Positions 43,140-55,093 of a DNA stretch of 64,000 nt are shown piece by piece. This stretch comes from Candidatus Faecalibacterium gallistercoris. Lineage in GTDB: Bacteria; Bacillota; Clostridia; Oscillospirales; Ruminococcaceae. Numbering within the stretch: position 1 is the first letter of the stretch; every line of letters starts with the position of its first letter. Position numbers and translations under genes: made by a program. Where the stretch lies: positions 5,799 to 69,798 of the forward strand of contig DXBJ01000013.1 of assembly GCA_019116585.1 (NCBI GenBank). Reading direction: 5' to 3'. The notes under the pieces are model-generated. The model was not told the DNA's origin, did no database searches, and was given only the letters and a program-made list of their open reading frames with translations.

Positions 43140-45734
43140 TTATTCTTCCGTTTCCTCGCTGTCGGGGCGGGCGGCCTCTTCGGCGGCCTCCTGGGCCTCC
43201 TCGGCGGCTTCCAGGGCGGCCACTTCCTCGGCGGTGGGCTCGGCGTCGCCGGCCTCCATCTCGGGCTTGGCGGTCTCGGCCTGGTCGTCGTGGTCGGTGC
43301 GGGCCACCACCGTGACCCGGTCGGTCTCGCCCAGGCGCATGACCCGGACGCCGCTGCCGTAGCGGCTTTGGATGTTGATGTCCTCCGCGTGCATCCGGAT
43401 GATGACGCCTTCCTGGCTGCTGAGCAGCACGTCGTCGGTGTCGTCCACGATCTTGATGCCGGCCACCTTGTCCTTGGCGGCGTCGTAGTTGCGGACGCCC
43501 TTGCCGCCGCGGCCGGTCAGGCGGTAGTCCTCGATCCGGGTGCGGCGGCCCTTGCCCTGCTCGGTGACGGTCAGGACGGTGGCGCCTTCACGGCAGATGG
43601 AGACGCCCACCACCTCGTCGCCCTCTTCCAGGCGGATGGCGCGGACGCCGTGGCCGCCGCGGCCCATGGGCCGGGCGTCGCTCTCGTAAAAGCGGATGGC
43701 CTGGCCGTTGCGGGTGGCTGCGATCAGGGTGTCGTTGCCGCTGGTCAGGCGGGTCCAGGCGATGGAATCGCCCTCGTTCAGGGCGATGGCGATCAGGCCG
43801 GACTTGCGGATGTTGGCGTACTGGCTGAGGGGGGTGCGCTTGATCAAGCCCTGGCGGGTGACCATGGTGACATAGCCTTCCTCCCCGCGGTCGTCCCTGG
43901 TGGACTGGCGCAGCATATTGGTGACCTTTTCGCCTTCGGCCAGCTGCAGCAGGTTGACGATGTGGGCCCCCTTGCTGGTGCGGCTGCCCTCGGCGATGGT
44001 GTAGCCCTTGATGCGGAACAGCCGGCCCCGGTCGGTGACGAACAGGACATAATCGTGGGTGGAGCCCACAAACATCTCCTGGACGATGTCCTCTTCCTTG
44101 CGGGTCATGCCCAGGATGCCCCGGCCGCCCCGGTGCTGGGCCTGGTAGATGGCCTTGGGCTGGCGCTTGACGTAGCCGGCCTCGGTCAGGGTGTAGACGC
44201 ACTGCTCCTCGGTGATCAGGTCTTCGATGTCCACCTCGCCGGTGACCGTCTCGATCTCGGTGCGGCGGGGGTCGGCAAAGCGGCGCCGGATCTCCTGCAG
44301 TTCCTCCTTGACGATGGACAGCACCCGGCTGTCGTCCGCCAGGACGCCCTGCCAGTCCTCGATCTTGGCCCGCAGGCCGGACAGCTCCTCCTCGATCTTG
44401 AGGATCTCCAGCCCGGCCAGGCGGCCCAGCTGCAGCTTGACGATGGCGTCGGCCTGGGGGTCGTCGAAGCCGAACCGCTCCATGATGGCGGCCTTGGCCT
44501 CCGCCATGCCGCCCTTGCAGGCCCGGATGGTGGCGATCAGCTCGTCCACGATGTCGGTGGCCTTTTTCAGGCCCTCCAGGATGTGGGCCCGCTCCTGGGC
44601 CTTTTTCAGGTCGTAGCTGGTGCGCCGGCGGATCACCTCGTCCTGGAACTCGACGTACTTGGCGATCATCTGCTTGAGGGTCAGCACCTTGGGCACCTTG
44701 TGGTCGATGGCCAGCATATTGACGCCCACGGTGTCCTGCAGCTGGGTGTAGCGGTACAGCTGGTTGAGCACCACCTGGGGGTTGGCGTCCCGGCGCAGGC
44801 CGATGACGATCCGCATCCCCTTGCGGTTGGTCTCGTCGTTCAGGTCCGAGATGCCGTCCACCCGCTTGTCCTTGACCAGCTCGGCGATGTTCTCGATCAG
44901 CCGGGCTTTATTGACCATATAGGGGATCTCGGTGACCACGATCTGGAAGCGGCCGTTCTTCTTTTCCTCAATGACGGCCCGGCCCCGGAGGGTGATCTTG
45001 CCCCGGCCGGTGGCGTAGGCGGCCCGGATGCCGCTGCGGCCCATGATGATGCCGGCGGTGGGGAAGTCGGGGCCCTTGATATACTCCATCAGGCCGGCCA
45101 GGTCGATGTCGGGGTTGTCGATGTATGCGATGCACCCGTCGATCACTTCGCCCAGGTTGTGGGGCGGGATGTTGGTGGCCATGCCCACCGCGATGCCCTG
45201 GCTGCCGTTGACCAGCAGGTTGGGGAAGCGGCAGGGCAGCACCTGGGGCTCCTTTTTGGTGTCGTCGTAGTTGGGGTCCCAGTCGACGGTGTCCTTGTCG
45301 ATGTCGGTGAGCATCTCCACGGCCATCCGGCTCATGCGGGCCTCGGTGTAACGGTAGGCGGCAGGGGGGTCGCCGTCCACCGAGCCGAAGTTGCCCTGGC
45401 CGTCCACCAGGGGATAGCGCATGGAAAAATCCTGGGCCAGGCGGACCATGGCGTCGTAGACCGACGCGTCGCCGTGGGGGTGGTAAGAGCCCAGCACCGC
45501 GCCGACGGTATCGGCCGACTTGCGGTAGGGGTGGGCGGGGTCGTTGCCGCGCTCGTGCATGGTGAACAGGATGCGCCGGTGGACCGGCTTCAGGCCGTCC
45601 CGGACGTCGGGCAGGGCCCGGGAGACGATGACCGACATGGAGTAATCCAAAAAGGCGGTCTCGATCTCTTTTTTGACGTCCCGGATGATCTTTTTGTTCC
45701 CGGTGCCGGGTATCATGACGTAATCTTCTTCCAT
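43140..45734 (-). CDS. gyrA: DNA gyrase subunit A
   Basis: [27 protein letters not shown], catalytic [10 protein letters not shown], and an acidic C-terminal tail. Confidence 0.97.
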   Translation of the reverse strand: MEEDYVMIPGTGNKKIIRDVKKEIETAFLDYSMSVIVSRALPDVRDGLKPVHRRILFTMHERGNDPAHPYRKSADTVGAVLGSYHPHGDASVYDAMVRLAQDFSMRYPLVDGQGNFGSVDGDPPAAYRYTEARMSRMAVEMLTDIDKDTVDWDPNYDDTKKEPQVLPCRFPNLLVNGSQGIAVGMATNIPPHNLGEVIDGCIAYIDNPDIDLAGLMEYIKGPDFPTAGIIMGRSGIRAAYATGRGKITLRGRAVIEEKKNGRFQIVVTEIPYMVNKARLIENIAELVKDKRVDGISDLNDETNRKGMRIVIGLRRDANPQVVLNQLYRYTQLQDTVGVNMLAIDHKVPKVLTLKQMIAKYVEFQDEVIRRRTSYDLKKAQERAHILEGLKKATDIVDELIATIRACKGGMAEAKAAIMERFGFDDPQADAIVKLQLGRLAGLEILKIEEELSGLRAKIEDWQGVLADDSRVLSIVKEELQEIRRRFADPRRTEIETVTGEVDIEDLITEEQCVYTLTEAGYVKRQPKAIYQAQHRGGRGILGMTRKEEDIVQEMFVGSTHDYVLFVTDRGRLFRIKGYTIAEGSRTSKGAHIVNLLQLAEGEKVTNMLRQSTRDDRGEEGYVTMVTRQGLIKRTPLSQYANIRKSGLIAIALNEGDSIAWTRLTSGNDTLIAATRNGQAIRFYESDARPMGRGGHGVRAIRLEEGDEVVGVSICREGATVLTVTEQGKGRRTRIEDYRLTGRGGKGVRNYDAAKDKVAGIKIVDDTDDVLLSSQEGVIIRMHAEDINIQSRYGSGVRVMRLGETDRVTVVARTDHDDQAETAKPEMEAGDAEPTAEEVAALEAAEEAQEAAEEAARPDSEETEE

Positions 45735-45804
45735 AGTTCCTCCAGAGTGTGTGAATCTCCCTTTTCAGCCCTGAAGCGCAGGGCAAAGGGACGCGCGGCG
45801 CTGC

Positions 45805-47793
<1,989 letters not shown>

Positions 47794-47947
47794 TGTATCT
47801 CTCCCTCTTCATTCGTTCCGTTCCCGGGGGGAGGCAAGCCCTTTTCAGGCCCATCGCCCTTTGGTCCGGGTCGGGTTCAGTTGCTTCTCTTACAAGTTTA
47901 TTTTATCGCAAATGCGTGGTTCTTTCAAGCAAAAAGCCCGGTGCGCC

Positions 47948-48223
47948 TCACTCTTTGGCCGCCTCGGGGCCGGGCAGGGGCTGCTCGGCGCGGCGGCGCA
48001 GAGCGGCGCTGGACAGCTCGGACAGATAGACCGTATCCACCGGGCTGTCGGCCAGGACGTAGCTCTGGGGCAGCTCGTCCGACAGGCTGACCACCGCCCC
48101 GTTTTTCTGGGCATAATCCAGGAAGGCCCGCCCCCGGGGGGACACCGTGGTGGTCTCAAGGCTGAAAATGCCGATGATGTCTCTTGTATTCAGGACATAG
48201 TCCCGGCCCAGATGCCAATACAT
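47948..48223 (-). CDS. remB: DUF370 (RemB/YaaB-like) protein
   Basis: 91 aa in the conserved position between recF and gyrB. The N-terminal pattern INTRDIIGIF...RAFL is typical of DUF370. Confidence 0.7.
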   Translation of the reverse strand: MYWHLGRDYVLNTRDIIGIFSLETTTVSPRGRAFLDYAQKNGAVVSLSDELPQSYVLADSPVDTVYLSELSSAALRRRAEQPLPGPEAAKE

Positions 48224-48250
48224 CGCTTCTCCTTTTGCTGGTCTTGTTGG

Positions 48251-49354
48251 TCACAGGGGGGTCAGGACGCCGCCGTCCATCCGGCAGATGACCCCGTCGG
48301 TGTGCAGCAGCGCCGCGTCGTCGCAGCTGGTGACGAAGGTCTGGCGCTCCCGCATGCGGGTCAGCAGATAGGCCCGCCGCCCCTCGTCCAGCTCGCTGAG
48401 CACGTCGTCCAGCAGCAGCACCGGCCTTTCGCCGGTGATGCGGGCGGAAGCGTCGGCCTCGGCCATCTTCAGGCTGAGAACGACGCTGCGCTGCTGGCCC
48501 TGGCTGGCAAAACTGCGGGCCGGCTGGCCGTCCAGGGCAAAGGCCAGGTCCTCCCGGTGGGGGCCGCACAGGCTCTGCCCGGCCCGCAGCTCTTCGTCGC
48601 GGCGGGCGGCCAGCCGTGCAGCCAGCCCGCCCGGCTCAAACTGGGCCTCGTAGGTGATGGCAAGCGCCTCGGCCCCGTGGGACAGCTGACGGTAGTTGTC
48701 CGACGCCATGGGGGCCAGCAGATCCAGATAGCTCCGGCGCCGGGCCTGGATCTCCTCGCCGCAGGCGGCAAGGTCCACGTTCAGCACTTCCAGCAGGTCC
48801 AGTTTTTCGGCCAGGGGGCGCTCCTGCCCGGCCGGGGAGCGGCGCAGCAGGCTGTTTTTCTGCTGCAGCACCCGGACGTAGCGCCGGTACAGGGTCAAAT
48901 ACCCCGGGTATAACTGGCAGAGCGCCGCGTCCAGAAAGCGGCGCCGGCCGTCGGGCGGGCCCTTGACCAGGCTCAGGTGCCCGGGGTCGAACACCACTGC
49001 CGGGAAGCTGCCCGCCAGGCTGGAGGCCCGCCTGGGCGGCGCACCGTTGCGCACCGCATACCGGCCCGGCCGGCCCGCGCCGGCTGCGCCCACCGTGAGG
49101 CGGATCTCATTTTCCTTGCCGCTGTCCTCCACGGTCGCCGCCTCCAGGGCGGCGTACTCCGCCCCGCGGCGGATCAGCTCGCCGTCCTTGCCGCCCCGGA
49201 AGCTCTTGCCCCCGGTCAGCAGCCAGACCGCTTCCAGGAGGTTGGTCTTGCCCTGGCCGTTGTTGCCGCAGATGACGGTCAGCTCGGGGCCGGGGACCAG
49301 AGAGGCCGCGGCGATGTTGCGGTAATTTTCCAGGTTCAGTGAAGCCAGGCGCAT
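48251..49354 (-). CDS. recF: DNA replication/repair protein RecF
   Basis: Walker A GNNGQGKTNLLEA, signature-like GQQRS, LLLDDVLSELD. 367 aa. Confidence 0.95.
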   Translation of the reverse strand: MRLASLNLENYRNIAAASLVPGPELTVICGNNGQGKTNLLEAVWLLTGGKSFRGGKDGELIRRGAEYAALEAATVEDSGKENEIRLTVGAAGAGRPGRYAVRNGAPPRRASSLAGSFPAVVFDPGHLSLVKGPPDGRRRFLDAALCQLYPGYLTLYRRYVRVLQQKNSLLRRSPAGQERPLAEKLDLLEVLNVDLAACGEEIQARRRSYLDLLAPMASDNYRQLSHGAEALAITYEAQFEPGGLAARLAARRDEELRAGQSLCGPHREDLAFALDGQPARSFASQGQQRSVVLSLKMAEADASARITGERPVLLLDDVLSELDEGRRAYLLTRMRERQTFVTSCDDAALLHTDGVICRMDGGVLTPL

Positions 49355-49357
49355 CCG

Positions 49358-49573
49358 TCACTGTCCCTCAGCGATCCGGACGGCGCGGCCGTCCAGCTCC
49401 ACGGTGTCGCCGGGGCGGCACTTTTTGCCCCGCATGGTGCACACCTCGCCGTTCAGCCGGACCTCGCCGGCCTGGATCCGCTCCTTGGCCTCGCCGCCGG
49501 TTTCGCACAGGCCCGCGAACTTGAGCAGGGCGTCCAGCTTGATAAAATCGGTATGAATGACCACCCGTTCCAT
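49358..49573 (-). CDS. yaaA: S4-domain RNA-binding protein YaaA
   Basis: 71 aa in the conserved dnaN-yaaA-recF position. S4 motif [12 protein letters not shown]...GGEAK..I..G.V.LNGE. Confidence 0.85.
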   Translation of the reverse strand: MERVVIHTDFIKLDALLKFAGLCETGGEAKERIQAGEVRLNGEVCTMRGKKCRPGDTVELDGRAVRIAEGQ

Positions 49574-49586
49574 CCCGGCACCTCCT

Positions 49587-50693
49587 TTAATCGTTGCGGA
49601 ACCGCACCGGCAGCACCAGATAGAGGAAATCGTCCCCTTCGGCCGGCAGGATCTTGACCGGGCTGAGGGGCCCGCTCAGCTGGACCCGCACCTGCTCGGT
49701 GCGCGCGTTGCGCAGTGCGTCCAGGAGATAGCGGTTGTTGAAGCCGATCTCCACTTCGTCCCCCTCGCAGGCGGCGGCAAATTCGTCCATCACCCGGCCC
49801 AGGCTGGTCTGGCAGCGGACGATCACTTTACCATCTGTAAAGGTGATGCGGAGGGGATTTTTTAAACGCTCTGTAATAATCAGGGAGGCCCGCTCGATGG
49901 TCTCCACAAACCCCTTGGTGTCCAGCACCGCCTGGGTGCGGTACCCCTCGGGGATGACGTTCTTGTAGTTGAGGAACTCGCCCTCGATCAGCCGGCTCAT
50001 AATGGTATAACCAGCTGTATTAAATACGATGTAGCGGCGGTTTGCGCTGATGTGGACCTCCGCTTCGTCGTCGTTGGCCAGCAGCCGCAGCACCTCGTTC
50101 ATGGTCTTGCCGGGGACGATGATCCGGATCTCCTTATTGGCCTGGACTTTCCGGTCCACGATGGCCAGCCGGAAGCCGTCCAGGGCCACCACCGTCAGGC
50201 GGTCGGGCTGGATCTCGAACAGTTCGCCGGTGTGGGCGGGGCGTTTTTCGTCCTGGCTGACGGCGTAAAGGGTCCGCTCGATCATCTCCCGGAACATCCC
50301 GGTCTTGATGGTCAGGGTATCCTCGGCGCCGGTGTTGGGCAGCTGGGGGAAATCCGCCGCGGGCATGCTCTGGATCTCGAACTGGGCAACTCCGCCCTGG
50401 ATCGTGGTTTTTCCGTTGTCGGCCACCGAGATGCTGATCTGTCCGGCGGGCATCCGGCGGACCATGTCGTTGAGCAGTTTGGCGTTCAGGACGATGTCGC
50501 CGGCCTCGAGGACGTTGGCTTCGATGGTGGTGACGATGCCCAGCTCCATGTCATAGCCGGTGAGGGTGAGGTTGAAACCTTCGGCTTTCAGCAAAATGCC
50601 CTCCAGGGCGGGGGTGGTGGAGCGGGGCGTTACGGCGCGGGAGACGCCGTCGATGGCGGCGCTCAGAAGGGTTTTGTCGCAGATGATGTTCAA
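49587..50693 (-). CDS. dnaN: DNA polymerase III beta sliding clamp
   Basis: 368 aa with three-domain clamp pattern, immediately downstream of dnaA. Confidence 0.95.
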   Translation of the reverse strand: MNIICDKTLLSAAIDGVSRAVTPRSTTPALEGILLKAEGFNLTLTGYDMELGIVTTIEANVLEAGDIVLNAKLLNDMVRRMPAGQISISVADNGKTTIQGGVAQFEIQSMPAADFPQLPNTGAEDTLTIKTGMFREMIERTLYAVSQDEKRPAHTGELFEIQPDRLTVVALDGFRLAIVDRKVQANKEIRIIVPGKTMNEVLRLLANDDEAEVHISANRRYIVFNTAGYTIMSRLIEGEFLNYKNVIPEGYRTQAVLDTKGFVETIERASLIITERLKNPLRITFTDGKVIVRCQTSLGRVMDEFAAACEGDEVEIGFNNRYLLDALRNARTEQVRVQLSGPLSPVKILPAEGDDFLYLVLPVRFRND

Positions 50694-51079
50694 TTTCGTT
50701 TTTCTCCCTTTTTATTGGCTTGGACTTGTGGGGTCCCTGTAAGGTTTTGTGCGGAAAAGGGCCGGTGGAGCCGTCTCTCTATTGATACTTGTTGCAGTAA
50801 ACGTAGTAGGGGCCGGGGATTGTGTGGAAAACCCTGATTTTCCTTTTCCTGACAAGGGTTTTGCTTTTCCACCCGGATGTGAAGCTTTTGTGGACAGTTT
50901 GTGGAAACGGGTCTGGCCGTTTTCTTTTCCACCTGCCCTGTGGAAAAGAAAAGTTGAATGTTGAAAACTCGGTGTAAAAAGTGGAGAACTTTCCGCCCCG
51001 GGAGGCTGTGCCTTGCCCGGCAGGGGACAGGGGCTGGGGTTTTCCTCTTTTTCTTCCGGTTTTGTGGAGAAAAGGGGGC
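50694..51079. promoter_or_regulatory. oriC segment (dnaA-dnaN spacer) with at least 9 DnaA-box-like 9-mers and a candidate box / GC-cluster / trio unwinding module
   Basis: Boxes: TGTGGAAAA 50823, TTTTCCACC 50865, TGTGGACAG 50889, TGTGGAAAC 50900, TTTTCCACC 50925, TGTGGAAAA 50939, AGTGGAGAA 50980, TGTGGAGAA 51063. CAG-TAA-ACG-TAG-TAG (about 50795-50809), then GGGGCCGGGG, lies next to box 50823. Confidence 0.7.
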
Positions 51080-52402
51080 TTAAGCCTTGACGTTTTTGAT
51101 GATGTCGTCCACCGTTTCCCGCAGGTGCTGGTCGTTTTTCATGTCCCGCTCCATGGTCTTGAGGGAGTAGACGATGGTGGAGTGGTCCCGGCCGGAGAAT
51201 TCGCGGCCGATGTCCTCCATGCTCATGCCGGTGACTTCCCGCAGGATATAGATGGCCACCCGGCGGGCGCTGGCGATGGAGGCGTTGCGCTTGGTGCCCC
51301 GGATGTCGCTGACCGACACGTTGAAGGTGCGGGACACCTCCCCGATGATCTTTTCGACGGTCACCGGGATGGGCTGGGTCTCGTTCAGGATGTCCTTGAT
51401 GGCGTTCTGGGCCACCGAGATCACCGGCTGGATGCCCTCCAGCATATAGTAGGCGTTCAGTTTTTTGACGGCGCCTTCCAGCTGGCGGATGTTGTTTTTC
51501 AGGTGGTTGGCGATGAATTCGGCCACGTTTTCGGGCAGGTCCAGGTGGAGCAGCTCGGCCTTGCGCTTGACGATGGCCACCCGGGTCTCGAAATCCGGCG
51601 GCTGCACGTCGGCGGTCAGGCCCCACTCGAAGCGGGTGCGCAGCCGCTCTTCCAGGCTTTTGATCTCCTTGGCCGGCCGGTCGGAGGCGATGACGATCTG
51701 TTTGTGGGCGTCGTGGAGAGAGTTGAAGGTGTGGAAGAACTCTTCCTGGGTGGATTCCTTCCCGGCGATGAACTGGATGTCGTCCACCAGCAGCAGGTCC
51801 GCCACCCGGTATTTGGCCCGGAAGTCCTCGGTGCTGCCGGCGCGGATGGCCGCGATCAGCTCGTTGGTGAACTGCTCGCAGGTCACGTACATGATGACGA
51901 AGTCGGGGTGGGTTCGCTTGATCTCGATCTGGATGGCGGTGAGCAGGTGGGTCTTGCCCAGGCCCGACCCGCCGTAGATGAACAGGGGATTGTAAGCCCC
52001 CGAGGGGTTGGCCGCCACCGCCTGGGCCGCTGCGAAGGCGAACTGGTTGGACGGGCCCTTGATAAAGTTCTCGAAGGTAAATTCATAATTGCCCTGGGGG
52101 CTGGCGGGGTTCAGGTCGTACTGCTGGGCCAGGACCACTTCATGGGGCGGGGTGCTGGGCACAACGAGCTGAATGTCCACGTCAAACCCAAGGACAGACT
52201 TGAAAGCCTCTTTCAGCAAGCCCAGATACCGGTCGGACACGATCTTGCAGATGAAATCGTTCCGCACCGACAGGGTGATATGGCTCGAGTCCTCAAAGCT
52301 GACCGGCTCCAGCCCGTCGATGTAGAGGTTGTAGGTGGGCTCTGCCATCTGGCCTTTGCAGTAGAGCTGGGCGGCTTCTAATACGTCCTTGAAAGAATCC
52401 AT
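51080..52402 (-). CDS. dnaA: Chromosomal replication initiator protein DnaA
   Basis: AAA+ Walker A GGSGLGKTHLL, box VII, and C-terminal DNA-binding domain. 440 aa. Confidence 0.97.
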   Translation of the reverse strand: MDSFKDVLEAAQLYCKGQMAEPTYNLYIDGLEPVSFEDSSHITLSVRNDFICKIVSDRYLGLLKEAFKSVLGFDVDIQLVVPSTPPHEVVLAQQYDLNPASPQGNYEFTFENFIKGPSNQFAFAAAQAVAANPSGAYNPLFIYGGSGLGKTHLLTAIQIEIKRTHPDFVIMYVTCEQFTNELIAAIRAGSTEDFRAKYRVADLLLVDDIQFIAGKESTQEEFFHTFNSLHDAHKQIVIASDRPAKEIKSLEERLRTRFEWGLTADVQPPDFETRVAIVKRKAELLHLDLPENVAEFIANHLKNNIRQLEGAVKKLNAYYMLEGIQPVISVAQNAIKDILNETQPIPVTVEKIIGEVSRTFNVSVSDIRGTKRNASIASARRVAIYILREVTGMSMEDIGREFSGRDHSTIVYSLKTMERDMKNDQHLRETVDDIIKNVKA

Positions 52403-52815
52403 AAAACATCCACTCCATTGAAGTTTTCAACATAGGTACCGATACCCTGTCAGTATAACACAAAACGGCGCAAACGTCCAGAATCAAGGCCCCTATTTAT
52501 ATAATGTAACCAGTATGGGCCGGCGGGGCGGGGTTCATACCCCCGGGCGATATTGTGTCCGGCAGGGCGCATACCCCCAAAATATTGTGTCCGGCGGGGT
52601 TTTCCACCGGAAAAGGTGAAAATGTTGAAAAACTTTGCACAAAAAATTTTTGAAGGAAAGCGAAAAAATGCTTGACAGAAGGCAAATCCATGCGATATAC
52701 TATTAAATCGCAAGCCTGTCCCCTTTGCCCTTGCTGTACAGGGCGTATCACAGGGGCGCAAGACCGACATCCAGGACCCCGCACCCCGGGGGCAAGACTT
52801 TAGGAGGAACCTACT
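52403..52815. promoter_or_regulatory. dnaA-rpmH divergent control region (second oriC segment, promoters, AT-rich tract)
   Basis: TTTTCCACC 52600 plus degenerate AGGTGAAAA/TGTTGAAAA. AT-rich tract at about 52610-52670. rpmH promoter TTGACA (52672), 18-nt spacer, TATACT (52696). Minus-strand TGTTATACT extended -10 for dnaA. Two 32-bp tandem repeats at about 52541-52604. Confidence 0.6.
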
Positions 52816-52950
52816 ATGAAGAGAACTTTCCAGCCCAAGAAGCGCCAGCGCAAGCAGGTCCACGGCTTTCTGACCCGTATGAGCACCAAGAACGGCCGCA
52901 AGGTCATCAATGCCCGCCGTGCCAAGGGCCGCAAGAGCCTGACTGTCTGA
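52816..52950 (+). CDS. rpmH: 50S ribosomal protein L34
   Basis: Hand translation gives [44 protein letters not shown] (44 aa, below the ORF-track cutoff). AGGAGG RBS. Confidence 0.95.
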   Translation: MKRTFQPKKRQRKQVHGFLTRMSTKNGRKVINARRAKGRKSLTV

Positions 52951-53189
52951 TGGCATCCTGCCGCAGGCCGGGCCCCTGTGCCCTGGCCGCAGCATCCCCG
53001 GACAATCAAAAATGCGCACGAAAAGGCCGCTGATGGAAATTGGTGGCCTTATTTTTTCAGAAAAAACTGGAATTGTGTGAAAAAATTCGGGTGGCGGTCT
53101 TTCAAAGCCGCCCGTTTTTTGCTATACTGACAAGGTAAGGCCCTGTCGGCATGGCCGCACAGCTCCTTGCAGGAATAGGAGGCCCGCAG

Positions 53190-53621
53190 ATGCGATACCG
53201 TCCGCTGCGGCACAACAGCGAGTTCGGGCGGGTCTATGCGCGGGGCAAGGCGTATGTGGACCATGCCCTTGTGCTGTATGTGCTCAAGACACGCGCCAAA
53301 CAGACCCGCGTTGGCCTGACCGCCACCAAAAAGGTGGGCTGCGCCGTCCGGCGCAACCGCGCCCGCCGGGTCATGAAGGCGGCCATCGACGAACATCTCG
53401 ACTACAACATCGGCGGCTACAATCTGATCTTTGTGGCCCGCGCCGCCACCCCCGGGCTGAAAAGCTGGCAGGTATCCCGGGCGATGGCCCGGCTGTTCCG
53501 CCAGGCGGGGCTGCCCGACAAGGCCCTGGACCCCGGCGCGCCCCCGCCGGCCAGCCGCCCCCCGCGCCGGAGCGAGGAAGCCCGGCCGGCCCCGCCGGAA
53601 GGGCAGGCCGGCGCCCCGTGA
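53190..53621 (+). CDS. rnpA: Ribonuclease P protein component, with Pro/Ala-rich C-terminal extension
   Basis: [20 protein letters not shown]...[21 protein letters not shown] (RNR motif). AGGAGG RBS before ATG 53190. Confidence 0.9.
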   Translation: MRYRPLRHNSEFGRVYARGKAYVDHALVLYVLKTRAKQTRVGLTATKKVGCAVRRNRARRVMKAAIDEHLDYNIGGYNLIFVARAATPGLKSWQVSRAMARLFRQAGLPDKALDPGAPPPASRPPRRSEEARPAPPEGQAGAP

Positions 53622-53911
53622 ACCGGCTGCAGAAACTCTGCCGGGACGCGCTGTGCGTCCCCATCCGGCTGTACAAGCGGTTCATCAGCCCGGGCCTTGG
53701 GCGCAACTGCCGCTTTACCCCCACCTGCAGCGAATACGCCATCCAGGCCATCCAGACCCACGGCTGCCTCAAGGGCCTGCTGCTGGCCGCCTGGAGGATC
53801 GCCCGCTGCAACCCCCTGGGCCGCTGGGGCTACGACCCGGTGCCCGCGCCCGGCCGCTGGACCAACCCCCGGCGGGTGCTCCACCCGCCCCGCGCCCGGC
53901 CCAAACGTTGA
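53618..53911 (+). CDS. yidD: Membrane protein insertion efficiency factor YidD
   Basis: YKRFISP...[11 protein letters not shown]...[18 protein letters not shown] start/stop overlap with rnpA. Confidence 0.9.
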   Translation: MNRLQKLCRDALCVPIRLYKRFISPGLGRNCRFTPTCSEYAIQAIQTHGCLKGLLLAAWRIARCNPLGRWGYDPVPAPGRWTNPRRVLHPPRARPKR

Positions 53912-54007
53912 CGAGGGGATCTTGCATTAGCTTCTTGTGACGGCCCGGCAGCTGTGAGCGGGCTGTCCCACGCATAAAAACCGTTCCGCGCTCACAGGCG
54001 GGACAGA

Positions 54008-55093
54008 ATGGAAGCGCATATGAACTTTTTCTACATTCTCGCCTGGCCGCTCGGCTATGTCATGGAGCTGATCTACAACATCATCCCCAATTACGGCTGG
54101 GACCTCATCCTCTTCACCCTTCTGATCCGGCTGCTGAGCATCCCCCTGTCCATCAAGCAGCAGAAGAACATGGTCCGGATGACCGCATTCCAGCCCATGA
54201 TCGAGGAGATCCAGAAGAAGTACAAGGACAAGCCCGACAAGCAGCAGGAGGAGATGCTCCGCCTGCAGCAGGACTTCGGCTACAGCCCCACCTCGGGCTG
54301 TCTGCCCATGCTCCTGAACCTCTTTGTCATGTTCGGCGTCATCGGCGTCGTCTATGAGCCGCTGAACCGCATCTTCCACATCAGCAACGACCTGCTCACC
54401 GCCGCGGGCACCGCCCTGACCAACCTGGGCATCCCGTTCACCAACGTCACCCGCGACAACCTCATCATCGAGCAGGTGCTGGCAGGGGAGCCCAGCGTCA
54501 CCGGGATCTTCTCGGCCGGCCAGCTGGAGACCATCACGGAATTCAGCCAGCACATGAACTTCTTCGGCATCGACCTGACGAGGGTGCCCCAGTATAACCT
54601 CAGCCCCGAGAACCTGCCCCTGCTGGTCTTCCCCATTCTGGCCCTCATCACCAGCTTTATCTCCACCTGGTACAGCATGAACAGCAGCGGCCAGAAGCTG
54701 CAGGGCAGCATGAAAACGATGATGTACATCATGCCGCTGATGTATATCTTCTTCTGCTTCACCGTGCCCACCGCTTTCTCGCTGTACTACGTCATCTCCA
54801 ACGTGGTCATGATGATCCAGAGCGCCGTCATGAAAAAGATCTACGACCCGGACAAGGTCAAGGCCGAAGTGGCCGCCGAGATCGAGCAGAAGCGCAAGGA
54901 GCAGCGCCGGGGCGTCAAGAGCACCACGGTCAAGGTGGTGGACGAAAAGACCGGCCAGACGGTGGAAAAGAACGTCTCGGCCAGCGAGATGAACAAGCTG
55001 CGGCTGGAATACGCCCGCAAGCTGGACGAGGAAAAGTATAAGGACGAGAGGACTGTGCCTCTCGCTGAACTGAACAAGAGCAAGGAGGAGTGA
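54008..55093 (+). CDS. yidC: YidC/Oxa1 family membrane protein insertase
   Basis: Conserved position. Hydrophobic core with LSIPLSIKQQKNM...GCLPMLLNLFVMFG, and a basic C-terminal tail. Start at 54008 or 54020. Confidence 0.9.
   Translation: MEAHMNFFYILAWPLGYVMELIYNIIPNYGWDLILFTLLIRLLSIPLSIKQQKNMVRMTAFQPMIEEIQKKYKDKPDKQQEEMLRLQQDFGYSPTSGCLPMLLNLFVMFGVIGVVYEPLNRIFHISNDLLTAAGTALTNLGIPFTNVTRDNLIIEQVLAGEPSVTGIFSAGQLETITEFSQHMNFFGIDLTRVPQYNLSPENLPLLVFPILALITSFISTWYSMNSSGQKLQGSMKTMMYIMPLMYIFFCFTVPTAFSLYYVISNVVMMIQSAVMKKIYDPDKVKAEVAAEIEQKRKEQRRGVKSTTVKVVDEKTGQTVEKNVSASEMNKLRLEYARKLDEEKYKDERTVPLAELNKSKEE

Noticed and set aside
52403-52815. A structured leader/regulatory RNA in the ~110-nt rpmH 5' UTR
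   Set aside because: Only short generic hairpins (CCTGT...ACAGG) are visible. Nothing supports this beyond speculation without comparative data.
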